From: Macrostomum lignano
Lineage: Eukaryota
Length of the DNA: 64,000 nucleotides
Reading direction: 5' to 3'
Assembly: GCA_002269645.1 (NCBI GenBank)
Contig: NIVC01003936.1
Location: 1 to 64,000, forward strand
This document shows, piece after piece, positions 1-11,647 of the stretch (position 1 is its first letter; every line of letters starts with the position of its first letter). Under the pieces are notes generated by a model. It was given only the letters and a program-made list of their open reading frames with translations, was not told the origin of the DNA and did not search any database. Position numbers and translations under genes: made by a program.

Positions 1-637
1 GTCTGTTCTAGATGTGTTGTGGTTCTGTTCTAGATGTGTTTGTGGTTGTCTATCTTGTGGGTCTGTTCTAGATGTGTTGTGGTCTGTTCTAGATCGTGTT
101 GTGGCTGTTCTAGATGTGCGTTGTGGGTCTGTTCTAGATGTTTGTGGTATGTTCTAGATGTGTTTTGGTTCTGTTCTAGATGTGTTGTGGCTCTGTTCTA
201 GATGTGTTGTGGGTCTGTTCTAGATGTGTGTTGTGGTATGTTCTAGATGTGTTGTGGGTCTGTTCTAGATGTGTTGTAGGTCTGTTCTAGATGTGTTGTG
301 GGTCTGTTCTAGATTTTTTGTGGGTCTGTTCTAGATGTTGTGGGTATGTTCTAGATGTGTTGTGGTTCTGTTCTAGATGTGTTTTGGTTCTGTTCTAGAT
401 GTGTTGTGGGTCTGTTCTAGATGTGTTTGGGTATGTGTCTAGATGTGTTGTGGCTCTGTTCTAGATGTGTTGTGGTTCTGTTCTAGATGTGTTGTGGCTC
501 TGTTCTAGATGTGTTGTGGTTCTGTTCTAGATGTGTTGTGGTTCTGTTCTAGATGTGTTGTGGGTATGTTCTAGATGTGTTTTGGTTCTGTTCTAGATGT
601 GTTGTGGGTCTGTTCTAGATGTGTTGTGGGTCTGTTC
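1..637. repeat. Tandem minisatellite, ~21-22 bp unit (GTTCTAGATGTGTTGTGGGTCT), about 29 copies, many small indels
   Basis: Unit repeats directly from base 1 to about 637 and probably continues beyond the window. Confidence 0.95.
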
Positions 638-697
638 CCCAATTAAGTCAGTCCGGTTCAATACTGTAGTCAAAACCACTTCAGCTGCTCGCATTCG

Positions 698-1637
698 CTA
701 CACTTGCTGTGCTGAGGCTGCATCAGAGCTCAGTGATGGCCCCTGACTCTTTAGTCGCGATTGCTGTGGGTGACACGTCGCCCCTGACACGTTCATCCCG
801 CTGGTGCTGCGAGTTCGCAGCCGCCAGTGCTGCGGCCGCCTCGGCCGCCACGGCCGCCCCCGCCTCTCCGCCGCTGGTTCCATCAGCGCCGCGTCTGCGT
901 TTTTCTGGACGGCATCGCCGCGGCAGTTGCAGCTGGGCACGGCCTGGCGGAAGGCGGAGCCGAACGCTAGACAGTGAAGCTCAGGCAGTGGTTGGCCAGC
1001 TTGGCGAAGCGGCACACGTGGCCGGCCAAGCCCCAGGCCTTGATGTTCAGCGGCGAGCTGCCGGACAGCCACTTGGCCAGGCGCATCAGCCAGCCGCGGT
1101 CACCAGGTAGTAGGGCAGGTTGAACACCAGAAACAGCAGCAGGATGCTCACGAGAGTTCGCGTCAGACGGCGGTTCTGCGCAGCCACCTGGTTGGCGCAC
1201 GCTTTCTTGAAGCGGCGGCTGCGTCCTCCTGCTGATCCTTGCCGACGTTCAGCTGTTGAAGTCGCCGACCGACCGCTCGGATGAGCAGGGCGCTGGCCGT
1301 AGCCATGACAACCAAGGGCAGCACGGAGAACAGCAGCCAGCCGTTGGCGCTCCAGACCTTCCGAGCGCCGCGAGTCCCGGCGACTGTGCGAACAGACGCC
1401 AGCGATGCGGCATCCGGTGCCGTTGACGCCGGGGACTTTGGCCGTCAGCAGGCGCGCGTGAACACGGAGTGGCAGTTGATGGCAGCGCTGATGAGCAAAA
1501 CGACGCCGACTTCCAGAAGAATGCGGCGGCGACTGCGGCGCACGGTGGAGCGGAGCATGCAGAGCCACTCAACGCTGACGGTGGCCAGCAGGTTGGCGGA
1601 CACGCAGAAGGCCATGGTTGGCAGGAAGTAGCGAAAG
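698..1637 (-). CDS. Rhodopsin-class (class A) peptide GPCR, exon 2 (TM3-TM7 and C-tail), frameshifted as given
   Basis: Acceptor CCCCTCGCAG| then exon starts at 1637. Pieces in successive frames: FRYFLPTMAFCVSANLLATVSVEWLCM (TM3), ILLEVGVVLLISAAINCHSVF (TM4), KVWSANGWLLFSVLPLVVMATASALL (TM5), NRRLTRTLVSILLLFLVFNLPYYLV (TM6), CRFAKLANHCLSFTV (TM7), AFGSAFRQAV (helix 8). About six 1-nt deletions are needed to join them. Confidence 0.8.
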
Positions 1638-2837
1638 CTGCGAGGGGCGAGATTTTGGGTGGTGATCAGTCCATCGTGCTGACCTCAAAAATCCCACCGC
1701 CCTGCATTTCAATGAACAATCAGGAAAAGTTTTCATGTGTCAGCTGGTGTCCTGAATCGATGGTTCTGTACTCATCGCCGGTCTAATAGCGGGACTCGAT
1801 AGAGCAACCGCACCCTCTTGATAACTGCTTCAATCTGTTCAAGAACCATTTCGCTAATGAAAAGTCTTTAGTGAAGACGGTGGCAGGGAGGTTTCTGTCA
1901 AGAAATCAGCAAACCAGTTGCTAGGCTGCTATAGCTTGTATTTCCCTGCTATTTTTCCAGCAGTTTTCTCATCAAACGCCAATTTCAATTGAGGGCAATT
2001 GAGCGTTGGTTCTACAGAAATGGACTTTTATTCCAGGGAATGCTGCAGGCTTGAATTCAGCATAAACAGCTGCACTTTTCTCACTTAGAAAGTTGGCTTC
2101 AAGGTTTTATCAAGGATCTCGTTCAAGACTTCTGCAAACAATTTACACTTGAAGAGTAATCAAGTAAAAACTGCTGGGTGGAACCTGTTGGCATCAAGGG
2201 TGCGACAGACACCGGCAGTCGGTGCAAAAATTTGCACAGGAATTAGGCAGCTGATCTGCCTACACAGATGGAACTGATGGAGATCTGCATCAGCACAGGG
2301 ACAGACAGACATGTATGATGCTTGCACTTTCTACTGCAAGTTCAGGGCTGCGTTCGGCATAAACAGTTTGCAGCAGCTTCTGTGCTGGGTACTGCAGCTC
2401 CCCATTTGTCACTACTGAGAGGCACCGCTGCTTTGAACTGGGAACTTGTGCATGAGAACTGAAACTGCATTTAGCTGCTACCGCACTAGAAGGTCCATTA
2501 GGTCGTCTGTCTCAGATTTTGATTTATTATCATTTTATTGCCAACTCCTGCCGCCGCCAGTGCATTGGCAAGCCCAGGACGCGGCTGCGCTGGCGGAATA
2601 ATTTGCTGCGCGGACTGCTGCACTTACCGGGGTGACTCCCTGGCCTTCTTTACGAGCCTGATAATGTACTTACAACCTCATGGCGAATGGATCTGCATTC
2701 CATTCGAATGCATCCAAATCGAATTGTTGTTTTTTCCCATCGCAAACGGTTTGTTTTGTGGCAATCTTTATTGACTAGATAAAGCCTAACTTGGCACACG
2801 AATATATTATATGCATTAAACATTTGCAGGTTTGTGG

Positions 2838-3610
2838 GCCGCTCTTCCTACCAACGACGACGGGTTTCTGCTGCGGCGACGGGTGGGTCGATGGCAACCG
2901 GAGGGCGGCTCAGCGTGCTTGGCTACGGGGACAATCTCTCTTTGCTGTCCTTAACTGTCGAGGGCTCCACGCGACAACTGGACAAGCTAGTCGCTGTTGC
3001 GGCGAGTGTCGGCCTGGTGGTCAACACGCGTGCCGGACGACATCGAGGCTGCAACAAAAGGCGCAGAAGATGGACAGGCGGTGAAGCTTTCAAGTTGTCG
3101 GCAGTTCATCTACCTCGGCGGTCTGGTTCCCGGCGTCCACGAGGATCTGCGGCATCACCGCGGGGTTTGCCTGAGCTGCCTTTCGTTCTGAGGGCAGTCG
3201 TTCTGTCAAATGCCCTACCTGACCGCCAGAGGCAGCGGTCGAGACGTCCTGCTGTACAAGATCTGGACGCTGACGGACTTGCTCGAGCAGCCAGTAGGTG
3301 GCCTGCAGCGCGCCGCCTTGAAGATTGGCGACTAGCGAACGTTTCCAATGCGACTGCACTGCATTCGCCGCGCCGGCCTGGTCCGTCCAAGCGACCTGTT
3401 GCGCCATTTGCGACTCAAGCTGGCAGGCCACATCATCCGCGCCCGCCGAGTCGCACTGCCTACAGCCGGTGCAGGTGGTTTTTCTGAAGCTGCAGGCACC
3501 CTACTGGCGAAGACAGGCGTGCACTCGGCTGAAGCCGGCACCCCATATTGACGCGTGGCCTTCGTTCAGAGGCGACCCATGGCTTCTGAACGAACATTTT
3601 TCTGTTTTTG
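2838..3610 (+). mobile_element. Degenerate 5'-truncated RTE-type non-LTR retrotransposon fragment in the GPCR intron
   Basis: LSVLGYGDNLSLLS and CRQFIYLGGLVP are homologous to the RT/C-terminal region of the copies at 24.2 kb and 44.3 kb; frameshifted. Confidence 0.85.
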
Positions 3611-5411
3611 CGCCTTGCGGGCTGGCTATCATGGGTTAAGCTACTCCCCCCTTCTCTCCTTTGAGCTGCAGAAGGCACTCTGATATGAGAGCGAAACCCA
3701 CGGGGGAACCGCGCCACTTTTCTTGAACTGAGTCTATCGATTATCAAGTCGATCATAGCTCGTATGGGGATGGCGTTCTTTTTCTTCATAATTTCTTCAA
3801 GTATGGAATGATATTCCAGCTTAACTTTGCATTGGTTTAAACTGCAGAATCGGGTGATTAGACTTGGCTTGGGAACGAAGCAGAGTTTCATCCAATCACA
3901 GGCTGCGTGGGGCAGAAAACAGATGAGCGAAGCAACCAATCAGAGCATCGGAGAGGAGTTGGCGTCAGACAAACCATGACAGTAAAACTGAGGCAGTGAG
4001 CTGTAAAGAAACCAGCTTAAAATAGTCAAGTATAAGTGGGAAGTTCTCATTTTTTATATATTTCAATGGCGTCTATTTCTATTGTAGGGGCAGGATATAT
4101 GGACGCAATATTGCACGAGATGCCATCGCGTTGAGTCGGAAGGAATTAGTCAGCTGAGGCGAATTGGTGCCGCAGCCTGGGAAGAGTAGATGAGGGAATT
4201 GTGATGCCTCAGGCCCGACTTGGCTGAGAAATGAGCCAGGAAGTCGGCCTGACAGAGCGCCCAGCAATCTGTTCTGGATTCCGGACTTTTCTCTCGCTCA
4301 GCGCACTTCCGAGAGCCTCCTGGCCCCGTCTGTCAGGGTCCAATGGAGGCTGCGCAAATGTCGCCAGTTGATGAAGCACCCGATTTAGCGGGGAGAGATG
4401 CAGGGGGAACTGTTTGGTCTCCTGGCCCGGACCCTCTGTCTGCGATAAGGATCAGCCAGTCTCTCAGCCTTCACGCGCGCAAAAAAACCGGAAGGGTTCT
4501 TGCGAACTTTCGTTCTGGCTGCTGAACCTTTCGAGCAGAGCTGGCCGCTGTAAGTACAGCACGTTGATGTGCTTCAAGTTCATGGTGCGGTGTAGAATCC
4601 AACTTTATTTTTCAAATTGGACCGCATGAATAAAGTGAGCAATTTCTTACGAGTAAATGATCCGACTCAGAGTTTGAGAAACTGCTCACTTTTTATGAAT
4701 AAAGATTTATCTCCAACTTAGAGTAAATTCTCAGCCACCCGAGCAGCTGCTCAGTCGCTTGGAACCATAGACATAAAATAGATATCAAAACTCCTTTCCC
4801 TTTCTTTGCGGCTCAAAGGAACGAGCAGGGCTCGCCCATGGATGATAGCAAGATCTGCCAGGTGGTAGAAAAAAAACGCCAAGTGAATGAAAAAAAGCGA
4901 AGCAGCCTTCTGTAATTATCCTCGCGAACGCATCCAGCGTACGTCGCTCCAAGCACACTTGCATTCGGGCGGGTGCCCTTTCTGCAACAAAATGAGGCAC
5001 GCTAACAGAGCAGTAGGTGATTATTCTGCTGAATACGACGATGGCCCGCTGAGCATGCCGCCGACTTGACTCGAGAAAATGCGAGCAAATGCTTAAAAAT
5101 TTTGTCTATGGCCAGAGTTTCTAGTATCTATGCTCGTGCGGCCTAGTGTTCAATAAACTGTCAAGTCATAGCTGATCATTTGTAGTCTGCCTACACCAAA
5201 ACCAGGGCATTTCAGAGTTCGTTAATCACATTTTTGCAGTTTATAGTCTTCCCAAAGAGCCCTAGATGGCGCTTGACAGAGCTCAGCCCATCTACTCAAA
5301 GTCCGCCAATCTAAACCTCAAGAATATTAGATTTTTTAATATTCCCCGCTGCGCTTGAAGCCGCCAATCTTGAACACGAACCCCAAACAGGAAATCCGCA
5401 GAGAAACTGAC

Positions 5412-5734
5412 CGACACTGCATCGACGAGGTGGGGAAGACGATCCCCATGGTGAGGCAGACTTCTATCGCCAGGCTGCCGATGGACAGCAGGTCCGCCAG
5501 CGAAATTGCCAAGAAGAAGCTGAAGATCGGCGATCGCCGCAAAAGGCCTCCGCGGGCCATCACGCTGATGCCGAAGCAGTTGCCTGCGACACCCACCGCT
5601 GCCACCACCACCAGAGCCGTCACCACCAGCGGCTTCGACTTTTCAGAGGCCCACTGGCAACTTTCCTCGGCTTCCACTGTGAGGTTTCCTCCAGACTCCA
5701 CTGCCTCATTTTGTAGAGCGGTGAAATTCGTCAT
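5412..5734 (-). CDS. Rhodopsin-class GPCR, exon 1 (N-terminus, TM1-TM2)
   Basis: ATG at 5734 (MTNFTALQ...; N-x-T sequons NFT and NLT), TM1 VVAAVGVAGN, TM2 FFLAISLADLL, then MQC and donor CG|GTCAGT. The phase-2 junction joins exon 2 to give MQCRFRYFLP. Confidence 0.85.
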
Positions 5735-6561
5735 TGTGGGCTGCCTGAAATGCAACAGTGGCGCAGTCGGCGGAGTGGAACCCAGCTATAGAAGTCACTC
5801 TTAGGCTGCATGCAAATCCAACTCACCCGCTGCGGGAGACTTTGCTGGTGCGTGGATTTGCCTTTCAGTTGGGAAATCCCTCCCGCAGCTGTTCCCCTAT
5901 TTATCGTTGCTGCCTAAACAGAAATCCCAAACCGTTGGTACAGGATGAACCCCGAGCAGCCAATAAGCAAAGCGGTGTCGCCCTGCCCTCGCGCTGGAAA
6001 TTCTGCCTTGCTGACAGCCAGCTAATCCCGATTTCCGATGCCGAGCAGGGAGATGCTGCACAGCTCCATCTTTTGATTGAAGTTTGCTCGTCACTTTAGG
6101 GGTTCGGTTTGTCGTGCAAACACTGACCATCTGGCCAGTTTTGTCTCCATGGCAACAGTGCGACAACAAAACTATCTCTAGTTCTGGTGAAAAGTTTTAC
6201 ATTGTCCCCACTATGTAAGCAGGTTTATTTGTTACCTCCGCTCCTGGTGGAAAGCCGCACGACTACTCAAAGAGGCATGTTCCACTTAATGCCCTCGAGT
6301 AAAATATTTGGGATGAGGCCGTCCGCAAACGAGAATTGATTTTGGCAACAGCCAAGTTCTCGTGCACTTAAGCAGCTTTTGGTGCACGCCTGCATCAGTT
6401 CTCTGTGTATTGTGTAAAATAGGAATTCAGGTTGACTAGTGCAGTTAAACCATACACATCACTGTAAGAATGCCCAAGGGTTTGAAAAAGTCACGAAATT
6501 AGTTTATGAGTCTCATTGTAGGAAAACCTTCTCAAAGAAATGCTGACGCAGAGAGGAAAGG

Positions 6562-6994
6562 GTTGGTTTCGCCCATTCTGCGCTAAGAGACATCATATCC
6601 GATGGTTTCGCCCATTCTGTGCTAAGAGACATCGTATCCGATGGTTTCGCATATTCTGTGCTAAGAGACATCATATCCGATGGTTTCGCATATTCTGTGC
6701 TAAGAGACATCATATCCGATGGTTTCGCCCATTCTGCGCTAAGAGACATCATATCCGATGGTTTTGCCCATTCTGTGCTAAGAGACATCATATCCGATGG
6801 TTTTGCCCATTCTGTGCTAAGAGACATCATATCCGATGGTTTTGCCCATTCTGTGCTAAGAGACATCATATCCGATGGTTTTGCCCATTCTGTGCTAAGA
6901 GACATCATATCCGATGGTTTCGCATATTCTGTGCTAAGAGACATCATATCCGATGGTTTCGCCCATTCTGCGCTAAGATACATCATATCCGATG
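6562..6994. repeat. 39-bp tandem repeat (AAGAGACATCATATCCGATGGTTTCGCCCATTCTGTGCT), about 11 copies
   Basis: Direct reading; the 13-aa periodicity of the overlapping ORFs confirms the 39-bp unit. Confidence 0.95.
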
Positions 6995-8363
6995 GGATGT
7001 GGCTAAACGTTTCTCGTGTGCGGCACAAAATGATTGTTATTGTACAATTTACAAAAATCTAAAAAGCGACAGATAAGTGTCGTGGTGTGTGCTGTTTGTT
7101 ACGTAATCGGAAGCATTTACGATATCCGCCATTTATGTTCTTACTATTGTAAACGCTGGCCACTCTGATGTCATGCCCAGTTGAGATGCAGCTAAGCAAT
7201 TCGAGCAGTCTTGGCGGATGCTGAACTTTATACGGGAGACGGAACTGTGCCTGCAAAGGGAAATAACGATAAACTTGATCCGGTTATTGCACTGCGCTCC
7301 CGACGTCCTTTAATCAGTTTACACGCATAGCAAGCTGAAATCAATCGCGCGCAATATCCGAAATACTCAGAGAGCACAAAACTCATTGGAGCGATTTCGG
7401 TGTTTCAACAGGCAGTTGCGATCGGAGCTGAAATAATTCCGGGCCAGCCCGAGCTGATGAGTAGTTGGAAACTAGAGAAGCACTTTTCTGCTCAGAGCGT
7501 GCACCAAGTTTGCTGTCTTTGCACCCGGTCGCTCGGCTAGGCTAGCGCTTGTAAAAGACTTTATTTGTCCCTCCAGACACGAGATAAAACTCGGGGCAGC
7601 TGCTAAGGATATTAAGGACACCATTTTGATGTTTTTCCTATCCGGACTGAACTATACTTAACGAGCGCTCTGTGTCCAAACTGAGTGAGCAAAGTAACGC
7701 CTGCTCGGACACTTTTATACATGTAAGCAAATATGGTTTTCTGGCATAAAGTCAATTCCAAAAGTCAAACATTTTTGTCCAGTCTCTTATTGAGATGATG
7801 CAGCAGCCGTCTCCCACACCCGTAATTCACGAGAGGTCGAGCTTGGGATGCAATTCGATTGAATCCCAACAATGTGGCCGTGGAGAGCGAAGATTCTCAG
7901 GCGCAGAAAGTCTTGGGGAAGGTTCTGCCAAGTGCAATGACATGGGGCAGCTTGAAGAAGTCCCGGACATGCTCGATGGGGTTCATGTCTGGGGGGGAGC
8001 AGGGTGGTTGTGAGACTGGGAGTTTGACTAACATGCTGAGCTACGCGTATCGAGGTACCGACTGCCTTAACGCGGGACTTTGTCAGCAGCCTTCGAATTT
8101 TGCTGCTCGCGTTCAACCAAAGCACCGTGCAGCCTCACTGATTGACACACCGTCTTCTAGCATTCCAACAGCTTGCCATTATTCAGCCTTCGTCATTTGC
8201 CGCACAAAAATTTTGCAATCGTGCGTGTGAATTGGACTAACATGTGGACTAACAGAACTCCATCAATCGGCTCGATGTGAAATTGTCTATGGCTTGAAGT
8301 CCGCCTAGCAAAAGATGATTTTGGAAGAAGCTCAAAACCGGCTTGAGCTCAGCCGAGTGCAGA

Positions 8364-8755
8364 CCATGGATGAATGAATAGAATGGATTGCTATTCTGGC
8401 TCTGGCTATTTTCGTTTTTGACTCTTTTGCATCCGGTTCCCCCCCGTGCCTTTTCATTGGTTGATGATTGCCATAGACAATTTTCGGCCTTCGCCCCTTT
8501 CTTTCGATGCACAAGCGCAAAGAACTGAGAATGTCAGTTACTTGCAGAGAATATCGAGCGCTCGTAGGTCTTCCCCCTTTATTTCAAAACACGAGCGAAA
8601 GCGCTTGTGCATCGAAAGAAAGGGGCGAAGGCCGAAAATTGTCTATGGCAATCATCAACCAATGAAAAGGCACGGGGGGGAACCGGATGCAAAAGAGTCA
8701 AAAACGAAAATAGCCAGAGCCAGAATAGCAATCCATTCTATTCATTCATCCATGG
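8364..8755. mobile_element. Foldback/MITE with ~155-bp inverted arms and a 6-bp target-site duplication
   Basis: 8364-8518 is the reverse complement of 8601-8755 (the mirrored ORFs 8249- and 8607+ translate identically); termini CCATGG; TGCAGA on both sides (8358-8363, 8756-8761). Confidence 0.85.
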
Positions 8756-8829
8756 TGCAGACTTGAACTACATAACATCTGCACGAGAGACGCGACTTCA
8801 AAACTTTGAAGAGTTTACCAATAATAGCC

Positions 8830-10629
8830 ATGGATTTCATACGCTTGTCCGTCTTGCCAACAGATCTCCTACTTCAAGCCACCAATGAGGAATTCAAAGA
8901 GGAGCCCGAGACGACGCTTCCAGGCCGAAGGGTGTCGAATCTCAGCACAGGCTCGAACGATGATGCAACAGTTGTTCATCGGGTTTGTTCCAGCCGGTGT
9001 GTGGAGATAATGCCCCTCCTGATTAACTCCAGCTTCAAGTCTAAGTACTGGACCTTCAAGACAGTCGCCATGCCAGACTGCTACGTATTCTCGCACAGGA
9101 GTTCGCGTTGCATTATCCTGGAAGTGGTCACCCGATTCCCGGAATCGCAGACTGAGAACCTGCACTCGTACAAGTTTTCCGCGCACCCGTTTTTCGAGGA
9201 CAAAGTGAGCACCTACACTAGGTGGAAAAGAAAGGACACTCCAAATCAAAACCTGGTTCGCTCCAGGACTTGGGATGTGGCACTGAATGTAGTGATGAAG
9301 ATTGAGGCCGTGCCAGCTCCGTTTAACAAGTACCGGTACCTGCTGAAGCGTGAGTCGGAAATCCTGCAGTTTATGTGGGACAAGTACCTGGACTCTGGCG
9401 CCGACATCGATGAAATGACGGGGATTCCTATGCTCTTCGAATACCAGGAGGTGCCGAACGACACTTTCTATGTGACAACAAGCTCCAACCAAGTCGACGA
9501 AATTGACCAGTTCGGCAAGATGAAGCCGATCAGCTTCCCGCCTGCCTCAGACCAGCGAACGACCCTGTCGTACATGACGATGGAGAAGTTGGGGCCCAAT
9601 CTCAGCTACTTGCAGCGGCTCGTCAAGGCCGCTCAAACACCGCCGTATACATTCGATTTGTGGACAGCAGCAAAGATATTCGACCAGCTCATTTGCCGCA
9701 TCCTGCAGGTGCACAAGTCAGGCGTCGTGCACAATGACATCTCGCCGGAGAACATCTACATGGGAAACGGAGTCGCATTTGACGTGGTCTACCTGAACAA
9801 CTACAAGCGCTCGTACATCGTGGCCGAGGGAGATAAAAAAGGTCCGTCCGGCTTGGCCTCCTCGTCCATCGGCTGCAACGTCCGGTTTGCCTCGGTAGGC
9901 CAGCTGAGTGGGTCGGTCTACAACATGAGCCCCATTGACGACATTGAGTCGGCATTCTACGTGTTGCTGGCCATGCTGAGCAGCGACTCTCTGCCTTGGG
10001 ACGGCGTGCTGCGCTTAAAGCGAACTTCGGAGTATTCGCTACGGGGCGCTTCGTCCAACTCCAACGCTCGAGAGAACAACACCGTCACTGAGGAACAAAA
10101 GACGCAGATCCTGCCAACCCGAATTTCTAATGAGACTCTGAGAAAGGTGATGGATTTCAAAAATCGATTTTGGCAGTCATCTCAGCTTGTTAACCTTGTC
10201 CTGTCCAACTGTCACTGCCTGTTTTCGGGTGACGCAAAGCAGGCGTCGAGCATCGCGATGTTCATTACAGATTTGTACCTCCGGGTGCGGGACTGGCGAC
10301 AGAACTTCAAGTCCTTCGACGACTACTATCAATACTGCAAAAAGCTCAACCGCTCATCCAGCGAGGAGTTTCGCCAGTTCATGGAGCTGCGCAAATGCGC
10401 GCTAGTTTACTTCGAGTTTTCCGAAACTTTCGACATACTCAACGACATCACTTTCCGCAAAAAGGTGGACCAGCTCAAGAACGACTCGGTCACCCAGCAG
10501 CCATGGAATGCTTTCGTGTGGTGCTTCAATAATATTGAAATCACGACGCAGAGCAAGAGGTCCGTCTCGTTTGTCTCCTCGGTTGCGCAAGGCTTCCGGA
10601 GAAAGTCAGTTGCGCGCACCAGCAGGTGA
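8830..10629 (+). CDS. Casein kinase 1 family-like protein with degenerate catalytic motifs (probable pseudokinase)
   Basis: One long ORF (8806-10629; first ATG at 8830; an upstream exon is possible). VVMKIE, LKRESEIL, YMTMEKLGPNL, VVHNDISPENI, GCNVRFAS and DDIESAFYVLLAMLSSDSLPWDG parallel the CK1/TTBK motifs VAIK, MELLGPSL, HRDIKPDN, GTARYAS and DDLESLGY..LPWQG. Confidence 0.85.
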   Translation: MDFIRLSVLPTDLLLQATNEEFKEEPETTLPGRRVSNLSTGSNDDATVVHRVCSSRCVEIMPLLINSSFKSKYWTFKTVAMPDCYVFSHRSSRCIILEVVTRFPESQTENLHSYKFSAHPFFEDKVSTYTRWKRKDTPNQNLVRSRTWDVALNVVMKIEAVPAPFNKYRYLLKRESEILQFMWDKYLDSGADIDEMTGIPMLFEYQEVPNDTFYVTTSSNQVDEIDQFGKMKPISFPPASDQRTTLSYMTMEKLGPNLSYLQRLVKAAQTPPYTFDLWTAAKIFDQLICRILQVHKSGVVHNDISPENIYMGNGVAFDVVYLNNYKRSYIVAEGDKKGPSGLASSSIGCNVRFASVGQLSGSVYNMSPIDDIESAFYVLLAMLSSDSLPWDGVLRLKRTSEYSLRGASSNSNARENNTVTEEQKTQILPTRISNETLRKVMDFKNRFWQSSQLVNLVLSNCHCLFSGDAKQASSIAMFITDLYLRVRDWRQNFKSFDDYYQYCKKLNRSSSEEFRQFMELRKCALVYFEFSETFDILNDITFRKKVDQLKNDSVTQQPWNAFVWCFNNIEITTQSKRSVSFVSSVAQGFRRKSVARTSR

Positions 10630-11647
10630 TCACTAATTGCTGCAACTACTTCTAAGTCTTCACAATGTACCGGGGGTATGAAAATTATTGACGCACTGTG
10701 TATGCTAATAATAAACAGCATACCTGTCTCTGTACTCTGGCCGTACGCTACCTACACAAATTATTTTATTCTGTTACTAACCAGTAAGCGCAAACCATGA
10801 AATGTATTCCTATGAGCGTACTGAAATCGCAATAAACTACTGACTGCAAGTGTAAAACAGCGCAGCGGATCTGCAATGCAGCCACTGCGCGGCTATTCGA
10901 GTACAAATAACTCATCTTTAAGCCTTAAAATCTACTTTTTTATAGTTTGTAGCAGTGTGGTTTCTGTATATTAGAAAACGGCATTCGTTGTATTTCACTC
11001 AGCGGAGGCTGGAAGCATCAGAGCCGATCTCGCAGTTGAAAGCCGGCCGTTCATAGAAAACAAAATAGAGAATCGGTGCTCAGTGTGCTCAAGAAAAGTC
11101 GCTGCAATGCACGGGAAAAATAAAACCAAGAGTATCCATCTCTATAAACTGATAGAAAATCTCGCGGCATAAATTAGGCACGTTAAGCAGACATTCGAAC
11201 AAGGAAAATCCCTAGCGAAGGAAAGCGGCGGCCAGGAAAGCAATGGACTGCGAACAGCGCGTGCTGGTTGCCAGGGCTGAGAGCAGCGAGCGCGGAAGAC
11301 TAACAGAGTTGCTGTGCTTTGAAGGTGAGCAGTGGAAAACAGGTCTACCAAGACAATTCTTAGAATAACAATAAAAGGGCATCAAACGAAAGAGTTTGGT
11401 CAAGTACAGATATCGGGATCAGAAGTTACTACTGTGATACAGAACGTTTGTATGGTTTAAAATCCATACAAGGCAATATAAAAGCATTTATCTCTAAAAG
11501 TACTCGTAAGTTCAAATTCTCAGAGAATTTCTAACCCGCGCGATGTGCGCAAGAAATAATTTTATAAAGTCAGATTTTGATTTTTCAGTCTCGAAATTGC
11601 TGCAAATTTCAGTCAGCTTTTTTCAGCCCCACTCGCCATTGGCGGCG

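Noticed and set aside
6513-7076. Three overlapping ORFs of 147-178 aa
   Set aside because: They arise from a 39-bp repeat that lacks stops in several frames; no non-repeat domain or splice support.
7795-8230. ORFs of 72 and 123 aa upstream of the kinase
   Set aside because: No recognisable motif; they could be 5' exons of the kinase, but I could not establish a phase-consistent junction.
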